A DNA stretch of 64,000 bases from a virus (IMGVR_UViG_3300028738_000008); one strand, 5' to 3'; counted from the stretch's first letter, positions 11,501 through 20,603 are shown. The notes: generated by a model from the sequence alone, not told the origin. Numbers and translations: made by a program.

Positions 11501-11574
11501 AAAATGAGTATGATGCATTAAATTTTCCTGTTGATGGTATCTTATATTTCGTCAGAGAAGTGCAATTAACATAA
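8542..11574 (+). CDS. DUF285/BspA-family surface-repeat protein plus LRR_5 unit and KKIQPK module
   Basis: Many WDVSNVTxMSxMF repeats in two DUF285 blocks; 22-aa LRR repeats. Confidence 0.8.
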   Translation: MTIPFIATWDTTKVSGGGSEYNQIKLPLVSGGTYNFDINWGDGNSETITAWDQSGTMHSYETPNIYEINIDGVINGWSFADNNDRQKLLDVIQWGDLLVSDGGNQFNGCGYFTCSATDTLNISGITNMSYMFANCFEFTHNISNWDVSNVTDMSYMLQYCWQFNHDLSNWDVSKVTNMSGLFNGCESFNSNISNWTVSGVTDMSYMFDAAKAFNQDLSSWDVSNVTTMSYMFFNAQIFNQDISSWNISGVTNMDNLIYLNTVFSTTNYDKLLNSWSLQSVQPNVLLGVYQTTYTAVAAKEILTSAPNNWIITDGGLYSAATTTTTTTVMPAGEFISTWVTSRGDNASSNSIKLPLVSGGTYSFTVIWGDGSSDYISAWDQAEINHIYASGGTYIVEINGLINGWKFIGGHTDEEKIDNINQWGCLQFGNGGGMGGCVNLNCSATDIPNLSGITDMSSMFFNCYYLVLDASSWDVSNATNMAGMFSGCYNFKSDLSQWRTGNVVDMRSMFSDCSNFTSDLSQWDTANVTDMSGMFYQCTSFTSNLSQWITSAVIDMNNMFNMCTLFSSDLSQWDVSNVTQMYLMFYRCTNFNSNLSGWNVSKVIDMGEMYNYAKLSIVNYSNMLISWSMKSVQSDVSLGANDTQYLPSAESARTFLMSAPNNWMISDAGLFSGTITSLDLTFDNISNADTLIGGSSSDVSLWNTLFDLPNNGTSFTSVAVDGNTVSLDGGVNIHLRDYLFINNVSLLSIVAVNCVTTAGDSCFQNCTAATSFSLPALTTAGDSCFYNCTAATSFSLPALTTAGNGCFYFCTAATSFSLPALTTVGDSCFQNCTAATSFSLPALITVGDYCFYLCTAATTFDLSSCTNLGGTTGDNNVFYGISTNSIDLTIPSALLTVNNGNPDGDIQYLQANNTVTIVRMVLQKKIQPKIFTEYDPTDVNNMASGFSLGQVWHNTLTNKEFIHDSDGVWISNNIIVEDSFNGIYVLYQNEYDALNFPVDGILYFVREVQLT
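10804..11113 (+). repeat. Five 66-bp tandem LRR-coding repeats
   Basis: Units start at 10804, 10870, 10936, 11002, 11068; TTAGDSCFQNCTAATSFSLPAL. Confidence 0.95.
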
Positions 11575-11587
11575 TAAATAAAATACT

Positions 11588-11851
11588 ATGACATTACAGA
11601 AGAAAATACAGCCTAAGTTATTCTCGGATAGAAATCCCACTGAAAATGATAATATAAGTACAGGATTTTCTTTGGGTCAGATTTGGCGCAACGTATTAAC
11701 CAATGACGAATATATTCATTTTTCGGATGGTATTTGGTATTTAGCTAATTTGAAAACTAATAATACTTTCACAGGTGTTTACGTACTAACACTGGCAGAT
11801 TATAACTTAATAACGCCTGATGCAAATATCTTATACATTTTAAAACAATAA
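11588..11851 (+). CDS. Stand-alone KKIQPK fibre module protein
   Basis: MTLQKKIQPKLFSDRNPT..GFSLGQIW; same module occurs inside three neighbouring genes. Confidence 0.7.
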   Translation: MTLQKKIQPKLFSDRNPTENDNISTGFSLGQIWRNVLTNDEYIHFSDGIWYLANLKTNNTFTGVYVLTLADYNLITPDANILYILKQ

Positions 11852-11853
11852 AT

Positions 11854-12957
11854 ATGGCAAGTTTAGATTTAACATTTGATAATATAAGTAATGCTGATAC
11901 ATTAATAGGAGGATCATCATCAAGCATTACAATTTGGAACAGATTTTTCGACATATCTAATAATGGGTCGCCATTTACATCAGTTATTGTGAGTGGAAAT
12001 ACTGTTGGCTTATCAGGTGCTACAAATATTAATTTAAGAGACGGTTTATTCCAAGGTATTGCGTCAATATTGTCTGTGGAAGATAATGCACATTGCGTAA
12101 CAACAGCTGGTAATAATTGTTTTGCTAATTGCGAATTCGTAGCATCCCTTAATTTTCCAGTATTAATATCTGCTGGCGATAGTTGTTTTATTAGCTGCAT
12201 CGCATTAACGTCTATAAATTTTCCACTATTAGCAACAGCTGGTAATTATTGCTTCGGATTGTGTTCGCCAACCACTATTTACTTACCGTCTCTAATAATC
12301 GCAAGCCCTAATTGTTTCAATAGTTGTAGATTCACAACGAATTTTAATTTGCCTTTAACGACAACAGTTGGTTTCAACTGTTTTGAAGGTTGCGTATCTG
12401 TTGCATTATTAAATTTGTCGTCATGTTTAAATTTAGGCGAATCTGTTGATGATAACAGCGTATTTGCAAGCATAATCGGCAAGACATTCACATTATTGAT
12501 ACCAGTAGCATTGTCAACATGTAATGCAGGCTCGCCAGACGGCGATATCCAATATTTATTATCTAATGATAATGTGACTATTAATTACATATTACCACCA
12601 ATGGTATTACAGAAGAAGATTCAGCCTAAAATATTCGCTGAATATAATCCAACAGATGTAAATAATATGGCTTCTGGATTTTCTTTGGGTCAGGTTTGGC
12701 GTAACACATTAACCAATAAAGAGTTTTTACATAGAACAGATGACGAATGGATTCCTTTGAGTTTTATTATTGATAATTCATTCGACGGAATTCAAGCAGC
12801 TTCAGATAGTATAACCATTCTCCCAACAAGTGAAAACCCTATCGGGGCATTCCTTGGTAATGAAAAGATAATAGCAGTATATTTTAACGGTGTAAAGATA
12901 TATGATTGGAGCAGTATTATTGGTACAACTACAACAACCACGCTGCCGCCTGTTTAA
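11854..12957 (+). CDS. BspA-like LRR_5 protein with C-terminal KKIQPK module
   Basis: Paralogous N-cap, LRRs and GSPDGDIQYL cap. Confidence 0.75.
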   Translation: MASLDLTFDNISNADTLIGGSSSSITIWNRFFDISNNGSPFTSVIVSGNTVGLSGATNINLRDGLFQGIASILSVEDNAHCVTTAGNNCFANCEFVASLNFPVLISAGDSCFISCIALTSINFPLLATAGNYCFGLCSPTTIYLPSLIIASPNCFNSCRFTTNFNLPLTTTVGFNCFEGCVSVALLNLSSCLNLGESVDDNSVFASIIGKTFTLLIPVALSTCNAGSPDGDIQYLLSNDNVTINYILPPMVLQKKIQPKIFAEYNPTDVNNMASGFSLGQVWRNTLTNKEFLHRTDDEWIPLSFIIDNSFDGIQAASDSITILPTSENPIGAFLGNEKIIAVYFNGVKIYDWSSIIGTTTTTTLPPV

Positions 12958-13036
12958 TATTTTAGAAACTAAAAGCTTACTATTTATACTTGATTACAAT
13001 AACATTAAAGGGAATGATAGTATACAGTTAAATATA

Positions 13037-13822
13037 ATGAATTTAAAACAGATTATAAAGGAAGTCATTAACGAAATTTATTACGAAGATGACTACGAAG
13101 CCATATCCGATGTATACGAGAAACTTGGCGAAATGATTTATAAACTTTTTTCAGACTTTTTGTATGAAAACAATCAGGATATGACAAAGAACGTATCGTG
13201 GCAGTTAATTCCATTCAATAGGCTGAAAAAAATCCTCGAAGACTTTATTCGTACTAAATTGGTCAGGGATGAAAAGGGAATTGACTATATTGAAGCGATT
13301 ATGTATCGTAATATCCTAAAAATAATGGCATTCACTATGCTGCTCGGTCATCAGCAAGACGATCCAGAGGAACATTACGAGCAACATCTTGGTCAATTCG
13401 TCGATGAGTTTCTTGAATCTGATAAAAATAAGCCAGAGTACGCTTTTCTAAATAAGTTATATGAAGAAGACTATCTCGAAGATGATGAAAATAGACGAAC
13501 AATATTGTATGAGGCTTTAAAAGATAGATTCATGGACTATTACGCCGAAGACCCTAAATCAGGTCAAGCATATATTAGCGATTTTGGCTTAAGACCATTG
13601 GAAGTTTTATTGAAAACATTATTAATGGAAAGAGAACCTGAGAAGAAGATCGTCACAATAGACAAAATGTTGAACGTAATACACCAACGATCAGATATAG
13701 CAGCATGGTTTATTGAAGGTGGTACAAAGGCTCTTTCAGATATTAGCGGCTACTATGGGGCTGAAAATGATAAAGACGACAGCGTTGTTTCTGGACAATA
13801 TCGCATGCATGACTATCGTTAA
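13037..13822 (+). CDS. Hypothetical acidic protein, possible head-internal protein (start revised from 12902)
   Basis: In-frame ATG at 13037 after an A-rich leader gives MNLKQIIKEVINE. Confidence 0.6.
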   Translation: MNLKQIIKEVINEIYYEDDYEAISDVYEKLGEMIYKLFSDFLYENNQDMTKNVSWQLIPFNRLKKILEDFIRTKLVRDEKGIDYIEAIMYRNILKIMAFTMLLGHQQDDPEEHYEQHLGQFVDEFLESDKNKPEYAFLNKLYEEDYLEDDENRRTILYEALKDRFMDYYAEDPKSGQAYISDFGLRPLEVLLKTLLMEREPEKKIVTIDKMLNVIHQRSDIAAWFIEGGTKALSDISGYYGAENDKDDSVVSGQYRMHDYR

Positions 13823-13857
13823 ATAATAATTATCGTATTTATAAAAAAATATTGATC

Positions 13858-14073
13858 ATGAGCGTATTATTAGAAATTATAGATGGATGGAAAAACTTCA
13901 TCTTTGAAAACAAGGAAGTCGAAATAGAGGCAAAACGTCGAATAACAATATGCGTTGATTGTGAATTTTTTACGAGTAGAAATACATGCGAAAAATGCGG
14001 ATGTTATATGCCTTTTAAAACAAGAAGTCTTAAATCGAAATGTGCTCTGCCAGAGCCTTTAAAAAAATGGTAA
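13858..14073 (+). CDS. Small Cys-rich zinc-finger-like protein
   Basis: CxxC...CxxCGC...KC pattern; TATTTATA at 13836-13843. Confidence 0.7.
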   Translation: MSVLLEIIDGWKNFIFENKEVEIEAKRRITICVDCEFFTSRNTCEKCGCYMPFKTRSLKSKCALPEPLKKW

Positions 14074-14144
14074 TGATAAATTCAAAGTCATGTAAAGGCT
14101 GAATCCAGAATTTATAAACGAACAGGATACGCCAGTTTCTGGCG

Positions 14145-14185
14145 AAACAATATTGCTCAGTTACTTAAACTGAGCAATATTGTTT
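14145..14185. terminator. 18-bp perfect inverted repeat between convergent genes
   Basis: aaacaatattgctcagtt-actta-aactgagcaatattgttt. Confidence 0.7.
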
Positions 14186-14709
14186 GCAACCATATCGTAA
14201 AGATATTGTTTAATAAAAATACCCTTAATCTTTGGACTAGCTTTTTCAAATGTTGTAAATGGAACTTCCTCGCCGCCATCGGTGTAAAGAGAAACGGCAA
14301 TGTCACTCCATTCAACATGACTTATCAATGACGACGTTTCGTCTGGCATATCGTAGTCACTGCTTCTATTGCTTTGATTGTCCATAAGACATTTGACATT
14401 TACGCCATTCATATATATCTGAAATGAAACAGGCTCTTTGGTAGGGTCAAATGTATAATTAATATCGCTAATGTATTCAAGATCAAAATTACAACTATCG
14501 TTATCATTTTTTTCTTTGATGTTCGAATCTATAACGTTTTCCTTAATCTTATTTCTATTTGATATAGAGTCGATTACGAATTGTTTTTGGAAATCTTCGC
14601 TTGCAAGCAATTGCGCTTTTTCGTCTTCGCTAACTTGCTTATCGTTATTAAGATAGTCGAAGTTTGATATTTCTTCGTTTATGGTTCTAATAATGTCTTT
14701 ACTTATCAT
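14161..14709 (-). CDS. Hypothetical protein, possible head-internal protein
   Basis: MISKDIIRTINEEIS leader; TATTTATA on the minus strand at 14725-14732. Confidence 0.65.
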   Translation of the reverse strand: MISKDIIRTINEEISNFDYLNNDKQVSEDEKAQLLASEDFQKQFVIDSISNRNKIKENVIDSNIKEKNDNDSCNFDLEYISDINYTFDPTKEPVSFQIYMNGVNVKCLMDNQSNRSSDYDMPDETSSLISHVEWSDIAVSLYTDGGEEVPFTTFEKASPKIKGIFIKQYLYDMVANNIAQFK

Positions 14710-14735
14710 GATTATAATATTTTATATAAATACGC

Positions 14736-15224
14736 TTAAATTTTATTAATGATCTTATTTTCGAAATCTTCAATAGCATTATCAACATTTTCCATTGTAT
14801 TGCTAACGTCTTCAATAGCATTATCAACATCATGTCCTATTTCATCTGTTTTACGCTCAATCTTTTCAGATAATTCTTCGATGATTTTATCAACGTCGTC
14901 AATAACATCGTCAACATCAACGCCAATTTCCTCTGTTTGGCGTTCAATCTTTTCAGATAATTCTTCGATCTTTTTTATAATACTATCAGTTCTAGCACCG
15001 CCTAATTTAGATGTATAGCCTAATACTGGTAAGGCGACTCCTTGAAAGAACACGGATACAATATATTGCATCCATCCGACCAGTCCGACTGGCTGCACGA
15101 AAAATAGTGGCACAATTACCAATAAAGATATAATCCAAAACATTGTCATAGAAGACAGTGAATCAGATAGTACCATTGCAAAGCTTTCCATCAAATTTTT
15201 ATATTTTTCTATGAACTTAGACAT
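14736..15224 (-). CDS. Two-TM membrane protein with duplicated acidic coiled-coil tail (DUF1003-like)
   Basis: Hydrophobic N-half; IEELSEKIERxTxEIG duplicated; TATTTATA on the minus strand at 15240-15247. Confidence 0.5.
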   Translation of the reverse strand: MSKFIEKYKNLMESFAMVLSDSLSSMTMFWIISLLVIVPLFFVQPVGLVGWMQYIVSVFFQGVALPVLGYTSKLGGARTDSIIKKIEELSEKIERQTEEIGVDVDDVIDDVDKIIEELSEKIERKTDEIGHDVDNAIEDVSNTMENVDNAIEDFENKIINKI

Positions 15225-15295
15225 AATGATTGGGTTTTATATAAATACTTAACACAATAATTAAGGTATAAGTATTTATATGAAAAGTAATTCAA

Positions 15296-15670
15296 ATGAT
15301 GTATGATATAATAATAATGGCGGCTATCAAGGATTTTGAGAAAATTGAATTCGTTTATAACAGTATTCTAAAAAACCTTCCGAAGGAGTATAATAAAATT
15401 TATTGCTTCACGCCTGTAGAATCATTCGGAAAAATAGAAGGCATTACATATATGCTTGATAGTGATGTTTTAAAGGTTGATATGTCTAGCGTCAACTTCA
15501 ATCCTAGTTGGCCTTCGGTACTTGATAATTACGTATTTGCTTACATTGGTACTCGTAGAAATATCTCGTTAACAATACCGACAGCACTGATGACAGTAAA
15601 CGGCGGACAACGTGATGGCGATATTGCAAGCTTATCAGTTTCACATAATTTAAATGTTATTTTAGTATAA
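15296..15670 (+). CDS. Chimeric ORF: glycosyltransferase-like N-terminus fused to an LRR C-cap
   Basis: YDIIIMAAIKDFEKI start; ends ISLTIPTALMTVNGGQRDGDI, like the LRR protein caps. Confidence 0.45.
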   Translation: MMYDIIIMAAIKDFEKIEFVYNSILKNLPKEYNKIYCFTPVESFGKIEGITYMLDSDVLKVDMSSVNFNPSWPSVLDNYVFAYIGTRRNISLTIPTALMTVNGGQRDGDIASLSVSHNLNVILV

Positions 15671-15681
15671 AATATTTATAA

Positions 15682-18597
15682 ATGGCAAAACTAACTACTA
15701 ATCTCATAACAGGCATTGAGATGCTTCTAACGGGTTTCGATGTTAGCGGAAATACGGTCACCGAAACAGACCCCACAGTTCCAACATATGTTAAAGCCAT
15801 AACGACTGGCGATATATCTAGCTGGAACTCAAAACAACAAGCTGGTAATTATTTAGTTCAAGGTGATGTTATTGCTACCGATGCTTTGGGTCGTAATAAA
15901 TTGAAAATGTACATAACTGTTAATCCGTCAAACGTTGACATGAATGCATGTAACATTACTATACCAGCTCTAAAATACAATAAGAAGGTAGCATTTTCGC
16001 ATTCAAGTGACGATAGTGACATCCTTGTTCATTCTTTATGGCAAGAATATTGCAACGGACATTGGATAGATGATATACTGTGGATTAATAGTCAACCATT
16101 TCATGAATTGACTCCAAGAACTACTGGTAGTTATGCTCCACGAATTTTACGAAGTACTGACGGATGCGGAAATGACATTAGATTTAGAATGACTTTAGCT
16201 TATCTGTCATATAATGGTGCTGGAACTAATTTATTAACATCAACGAATCTTGCTTCACCATACTCACAGAAAACAGACATTCAAAAAATGCTTGATTTTT
16301 TTGGCGACATATCTAATCATGGTCAAGGTATTCCCAATGGCGGTAAACTTGGCGTTGATGGCGACTGGTATGACTCATTAACTGGAACAGAAAATAACTT
16401 TAATACAAATATGGGATTCAAGCCCGCCACAGTCTGTCAGGCTGACGGCGATATAAATTATTTGTATGCTGCGCAGATTATGGACGAGATTTATATGATG
16501 ACAGATAATCTGGTAAAATATGACCCATTTAATGCCGCTGATAACGCTGCGGACATAGATAAATTATGTATCAACAGACGATCCATAGTAAGCATGATAT
16601 CATTTACAGGTAATACAACAGACGTTCAAACAAGCTTAATTGCTGCTCATAATGCATGCGTAGCAGACCCTTCAAAAAGATATTGGTTAATTAGCGGCGG
16701 ACATAATTGGTCAGCATCGGCAAATATGCATAATGACGCCGTAGGCTTTCTTAATTATATTCATGATCATTATGGCGCAGGCGGCGACGATTCCATTTGG
16801 TTTGCAGGTATGTCAGAAATCTACGAATATTTGTTTTTAAGAAAACTTATAAAGAATAATATTGTGAAAACAATTTCAGGCAATACAATAATGTTTGAGT
16901 TTGAAATCCCAGATCCTTATAATGTGTCGTGGAAGGAATTATCATTCCTTATATCTGGAATCGCAAATATGAATGACGTTATCACATTCAGCGTTGATGG
17001 GCCAGCATATGGCGTATCCAAGGCTATTAATGACTCGTCATTATTGGTGAATATTGATTACAATAAAAACAGTAAAGCATTAGCTGAAAAGTATTTGGCT
17101 TTAGCTATTGCATCCCCAACAAGTGAGAGAGTTGCTGATGCATATTATTTTATAAATAGACTCAACCCAAATATCAACTCGGTGTTAAGAAGTAAATTAT
17201 CAACATATGCAATAGCACCAACATTAAACTCAATCGTTATCAATAATAATGACACCTCAACCGCAAATAGATTGGTAACAATATCTTTAAGTTATACTGG
17301 CTACATGTCCGAATATATGGTATCTGAAACATCAACATTTTCAGGTGCTACTTGGAATGTGTTAACAACAACATCATTTCCATATACTTTCGCAACAAGT
17401 ATCATTGAGACAAAAACGATATATGTGAAAATTAGAAATGCTTATGGCGTGTCAGCAACTATGGTCGATTCAATTAGTTATCTTGGCTTAGTGTTATCAT
17501 TTAATTCAGTTATTATTAATTCTGGCGCAGGTACTACACAAACTGCTGAGGTGGTTGTGTCTACGACATATAGTAATAGTACGCCGACATACTATAGAAT
17601 TGGCGAAACACCCGATCTATCAACAAATCTTTGGATTACATGGACTGGATCGCAAATATCCTATAACTTAACAGCATTGGGAACACGAACCGTATACGTT
17701 CAATTACAGGATAATATCACAACAACAAATACCCTTAGTGACTCGATTCTATATTCGCCAATTGATCTTAAATCGGTTATAATTAATAGTGGCTCAACAT
17801 CAACCCCCGATCAAATAGTACACATTGCATTTAATTACTTAGGATATCCTACTGATTATATGCTATCGGAAAATGCTGACTTTTCGGGTGCTACATGGAC
17901 TCAGTGGATAGGAGGCTCAGGATCAACCGTCACGTTTACTCTTAGTTTGAATAACGGTGTAAAAACGGTATATGGAAAAATGCGAGACATTAATAGTTAT
18001 GAGAGTGTTGTTGTTAATGATACAATATCATTAGCGATTGCATCTGCAAAAAGAATGAAAGCAAGTTTAACAACGTATAGTGGAACATCGCCATTTGTCA
18101 GTTTAGTATCAAATGGCGAAACTTGGAATCAAGGAAAACCATCAGTTACTTCAAAAGCATTGAAGGATACAAATGGTAATGCATACTGTAGTGTTATAGC
18201 ATCATACACTGGCATAATATCAGCATCTTTACCAATTCCTATGACTGGCACAGTTTATGACGCCGTGTTGTCAGGTGGGCTTGTATGGTACACAGGATCG
18301 CCAGTGGTTTACACTATACCGTTTATTATTACATTCACAGGTTTGGTTGTTGGTAAAATAATAAGAGTTAAAGTATTTGGCACTGATAACAGATCAACCG
18401 AGCAACATGGTGCAGTGACTATATCTGGCATTGGTTCTGAAACGCAGGCAATAAATCCTAAATATAATGTATCGAATATAAACATATTTGAAAACGTTGT
18501 AGTGCCAAGCAACGGTAGTATTACACTTAGTTTAGTTGGCGTTACGCCTGATACTAAAACTTGCATTCAGATTGTTGAATTTGAAGAAGTGGGTTAA
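15682..18597 (+). CDS. Polysaccharide deacetylase-like barrel plus tandem Ig-like repeats (possibly virion-associated)
   Basis: LKYNKKVAFSHSSDD, SNHG and GGHN motifs; three SxxINxG...YM(V/L)SE..FSGATW repeats. Confidence 0.55.
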   Translation: MAKLTTNLITGIEMLLTGFDVSGNTVTETDPTVPTYVKAITTGDISSWNSKQQAGNYLVQGDVIATDALGRNKLKMYITVNPSNVDMNACNITIPALKYNKKVAFSHSSDDSDILVHSLWQEYCNGHWIDDILWINSQPFHELTPRTTGSYAPRILRSTDGCGNDIRFRMTLAYLSYNGAGTNLLTSTNLASPYSQKTDIQKMLDFFGDISNHGQGIPNGGKLGVDGDWYDSLTGTENNFNTNMGFKPATVCQADGDINYLYAAQIMDEIYMMTDNLVKYDPFNAADNAADIDKLCINRRSIVSMISFTGNTTDVQTSLIAAHNACVADPSKRYWLISGGHNWSASANMHNDAVGFLNYIHDHYGAGGDDSIWFAGMSEIYEYLFLRKLIKNNIVKTISGNTIMFEFEIPDPYNVSWKELSFLISGIANMNDVITFSVDGPAYGVSKAINDSSLLVNIDYNKNSKALAEKYLALAIASPTSERVADAYYFINRLNPNINSVLRSKLSTYAIAPTLNSIVINNNDTSTANRLVTISLSYTGYMSEYMVSETSTFSGATWNVLTTTSFPYTFATSIIETKTIYVKIRNAYGVSATMVDSISYLGLVLSFNSVIINSGAGTTQTAEVVVSTTYSNSTPTYYRIGETPDLSTNLWITWTGSQISYNLTALGTRTVYVQLQDNITTTNTLSDSILYSPIDLKSVIINSGSTSTPDQIVHIAFNYLGYPTDYMLSENADFSGATWTQWIGGSGSTVTFTLSLNNGVKTVYGKMRDINSYESVVVNDTISLAIASAKRMKASLTTYSGTSPFVSLVSNGETWNQGKPSVTSKALKDTNGNAYCSVIASYTGIISASLPIPMTGTVYDAVLSGGLVWYTGSPVVYTIPFIITFTGLVVGKIIRVKVFGTDNRSTEQHGAVTISGIGSETQAINPKYNVSNINIFENVVVPSNGSITLSLVGVTPDTKTCIQIVEFEEVG

Positions 18598-18653
18598 AAC
18601 ACTTGCAAGATACTGATATTAATAGTATCTTGCAAGCCTAAAAAATATATGAT

Positions 18654-18827
18654 ATGAATGAACAATTAAAAATTGGCGACGTGGTTGATTTAAAATCAGG
18701 AGGCCCACGAATGACATTAGGTACTTTCCAGAGCAATGGAAAATGGCTTGCGCAGTGGTTTACTGGTGAAGAACTGAGACATGGCGAATTCCGTACTGAG
18801 CAAATCGAATTGTCAAAAGACGAATAA
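18654..18827 (+). CDS. YodC/DUF2158 family small protein (not in ORF track)
   Basis: MNEQLKIGDVVDLKSGGPRMTLG...QWF. Confidence 0.85.
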   Translation: MNEQLKIGDVVDLKSGGPRMTLGTFQSNGKWLAQWFTGEELRHGEFRTEQIELSKDE

Positions 18828-18838
18828 TCAATGATTTC

Positions 18839-18886
18839 GTTTCACAATTCATGAAATAATTTACAGAATTTCATGAATTGTGAAAC
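18839..18886. repeat. 19-bp perfect inverted repeat
   Basis: gtttcacaattcatgaaat-N10-atttcatgaattgtgaaac. Confidence 0.85.
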
Positions 18887-18911
18887 TTTTTCAAAATATT
18901 TTGTATTTATA

Positions 18912-18942
18912 TTTGCAAGTTACAAATTAATGATTACCTTTG
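18912..18942 (+). promoter_or_regulatory. Bacteroidota-type promoter of tRNA operon 1
   Basis: TTTG-N19-TACCTTTG; TATTTATA at 18904-18911. Confidence 0.8.
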
Positions 18943-18971
18943 TACCGAAATAAAATTTTAAGAAATATACA

Positions 18972-19043
18972 ATGAGAACAATTTTTAACATAGTACCGCA
19001 GCATCAACCACAACCCTTGAAGTATCTTCAATCGAATGGCTGA
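18972..19043 (+). CDS. Leader peptide 1 (MRTIFNIVPQHQPQPLKYLQSNG)
   Basis: PQHQPQP run upstream of a terminator and Pro/His/Gln tRNAs. Confidence 0.85.
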   Translation: MRTIFNIVPQHQPQPLKYLQSNG

Positions 19044-19071
19044 ACTATGTAAAAAATAAACATACATAATG

Positions 19072-19108
19072 ATCCCCTTTAATTGAAAGATTAAAGGGGA
19101 TTTTTTTT
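19072..19108 (+). terminator. Attenuator terminator 1
   Basis: atcccctttaat-tgaaag-attaaaggggat plus T-tract. Confidence 0.9.
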
Positions 19109-19110
19109 AT

Positions 19111-19195
19111 CTAGGCGTAGCCCTGTAGTTGGTAGCAGTCCTGATTTGGGATCAGGCGTGGTAACACCTCGTGAGTTCGACCCTCACCGCTTAGA
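19111..19195 (+). tRNA. trnP: tRNA-Pro(TGG), long variable arm
   Basis: cctga-tttggga-tcagg; C1-G72, A73; 14-nt variable region. Confidence 0.85.
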
Positions 19196-19205
19196 CAAAA
19201 TTTAT

Positions 19206-19282
19206 CTGGGAGTTATGCAGAGGCAATACAACGGTATTTTGGAAATATCGGCTCGTGAGTTCGATTCTCACCTCTCAGACCA
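19206..19282 (+). tRNA. trnP: tRNA-Pro(TGG)
   Basis: ggtat-tttggaa-atatc; CCA encoded. Confidence 0.85.
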
Positions 19283-19310
19283 CTGATTATCAGTTCTTTG
19301 AATAATTTAT

Positions 19311-19383
19311 AGAGTAGTATATCAATTGGCAGATTACCGCATTCGGGATGCGGAGGCTCTGGATTCGAGTTCCAGTTACTCTA
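19311..19383 (+). tRNA. trnP: tRNA-Pro(CGG)
   Basis: ccgca-ttcggga-tgcgg. Confidence 0.85.
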
Positions 19384-19393
19384 CTGATTAGAT

Positions 19394-19467
19394 GGTGTCT
19401 ATAGTGCAATTGGTAGCATGACAGATTGTGGTTCTGTTGATGACAGGTTCGAACCCTGCTAGACACA
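19394..19467 (+). tRNA. trnH: tRNA-His(GTG)
   Basis: acaga-ttgtggt-tctgt; G-1 present. Confidence 0.9.
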
Positions 19468-19495
19468 CTAAATGCGAATTGCATTTTATTAAAAT

Positions 19496-19570
19496 GGTGA
19501 TTGTAGCTTAAACGGATAAAGCGCATGCCTGTGAAGCATGTATATGCGAGATCGTACCTCGTCTTTCACC
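19496..19570 (+). tRNA. trnH: tRNA-His(GTG), atypical T-loop and two acceptor mismatches
   Basis: catgc-ctgtgaa-gcatg; T-loop atcgtac. Confidence 0.65.
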
Positions 19571-19590
19571 CTAATTTTAAATTAAAGATC

Positions 19591-20355
19591 ATGTATTACG
19601 TTGTACAGAAGAATGTTTTTAGGGAAGAAAATTACGATAATTTGATTATCGCTTTGAATCGGTTGGAGTTGCCATATGAGATCGTTGATGTATTACCTTT
19701 TGTAGACACCTTCGAATTCAAGACAACCAGAAAGGATGTTTTTCCTTTCGGAGCTGTTAAAATGTCAAGAATTGCCAAAGAATTGGACTGGAATCCAGGC
19801 TCTCAATTATGTGACAATCATGACTATAACGTATATAGTAAGTATTATAAAGAAAACTTGCTGAACTACGATTCAAGGATTATCAGGTTTGGCGATGATT
19901 TCTTTCAAACAGAAAGGTTCTTTGCACGTCCGACATTGGATACTAAAGTGTTTACTGGTCATGTGTTTGACATGGGCGAATGGATTAAGTTCAGAGACGA
20001 ATCCATTGTCAATGGACATAGCACTTTACTGAACACAGATACTGAAATTCAGATTTCTTCTGTAAAAAATATACAGAAAGAAATAAGGTTTTGGATTGTG
20101 AAAGGCGAAATCGCCACAGCAAGTCAGTATTCTCTGGGTGGAAGATTCTGTGTGAATGAAAACGTCGATCAGTCGGCATATGACTTCGTAAACAGAATGA
20201 TTAAGATATTCGAATTGAATGATACCTTTATTATAGATGCATGCCTTGTTAAAGGCGAATACAAAATAGTTGAATGCGGTTGCACAAACAGTGCTGGCTT
20301 CTATCGAGCAGATATGCAAAAGCTGCTTATGAAATTGGAAGACGCTTTCAATTAA
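19591..20355 (+). CDS. ATP-grasp domain protein (DUF4343/R2K-like)
   Basis: FARP..DTKVFTG, EIRFWIVKG.I...SQY, FIIDA..., KIVECGCTNSAGFY; start revised to the ATG at 19591. Confidence 0.8.
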   Translation: MYYVVQKNVFREENYDNLIIALNRLELPYEIVDVLPFVDTFEFKTTRKDVFPFGAVKMSRIAKELDWNPGSQLCDNHDYNVYSKYYKENLLNYDSRIIRFGDDFFQTERFFARPTLDTKVFTGHVFDMGEWIKFRDESIVNGHSTLLNTDTEIQISSVKNIQKEIRFWIVKGEIATASQYSLGGRFCVNENVDQSAYDFVNRMIKIFELNDTFIIDACLVKGEYKIVECGCTNSAGFYRADMQKLLMKLEDAFN

Positions 20356-20362
20356 TATAAAT

Positions 20363-20438
20363 TGCCTTATGGTGTAATTGGCAACACACCTGATTCTGAT
20401 TCAGTTGAGTGAAGGTTCGAGTCCTTCTAAGGCATCCA
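20363..20438 (+). tRNA. trnQ: tRNA-Gln(CTG)
   Basis: Loop ttctgat; CCA encoded. Confidence 0.9.
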
Positions 20439-20445
20439 ACTATAT

Positions 20446-20517
20446 TGCCCTGTTATGTAATGGCTAGCATACGACACTTTGACTGTCGGAGTTACGGTTC
20501 GAATCCGTACAGGGCAA
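20446..20517 (+). tRNA. trnQ: tRNA-Gln(TTG)
   Basis: cgaca-ctttgac-tgtcg. Confidence 0.9.
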
Positions 20518-20603
20518 CAAAATTTAACGATATATTAGCGTTATTTAGAATCATTTTTTTTACATAATGTGCATATTTTTACTATTTATAGGTAAAATAT
20601 ACC

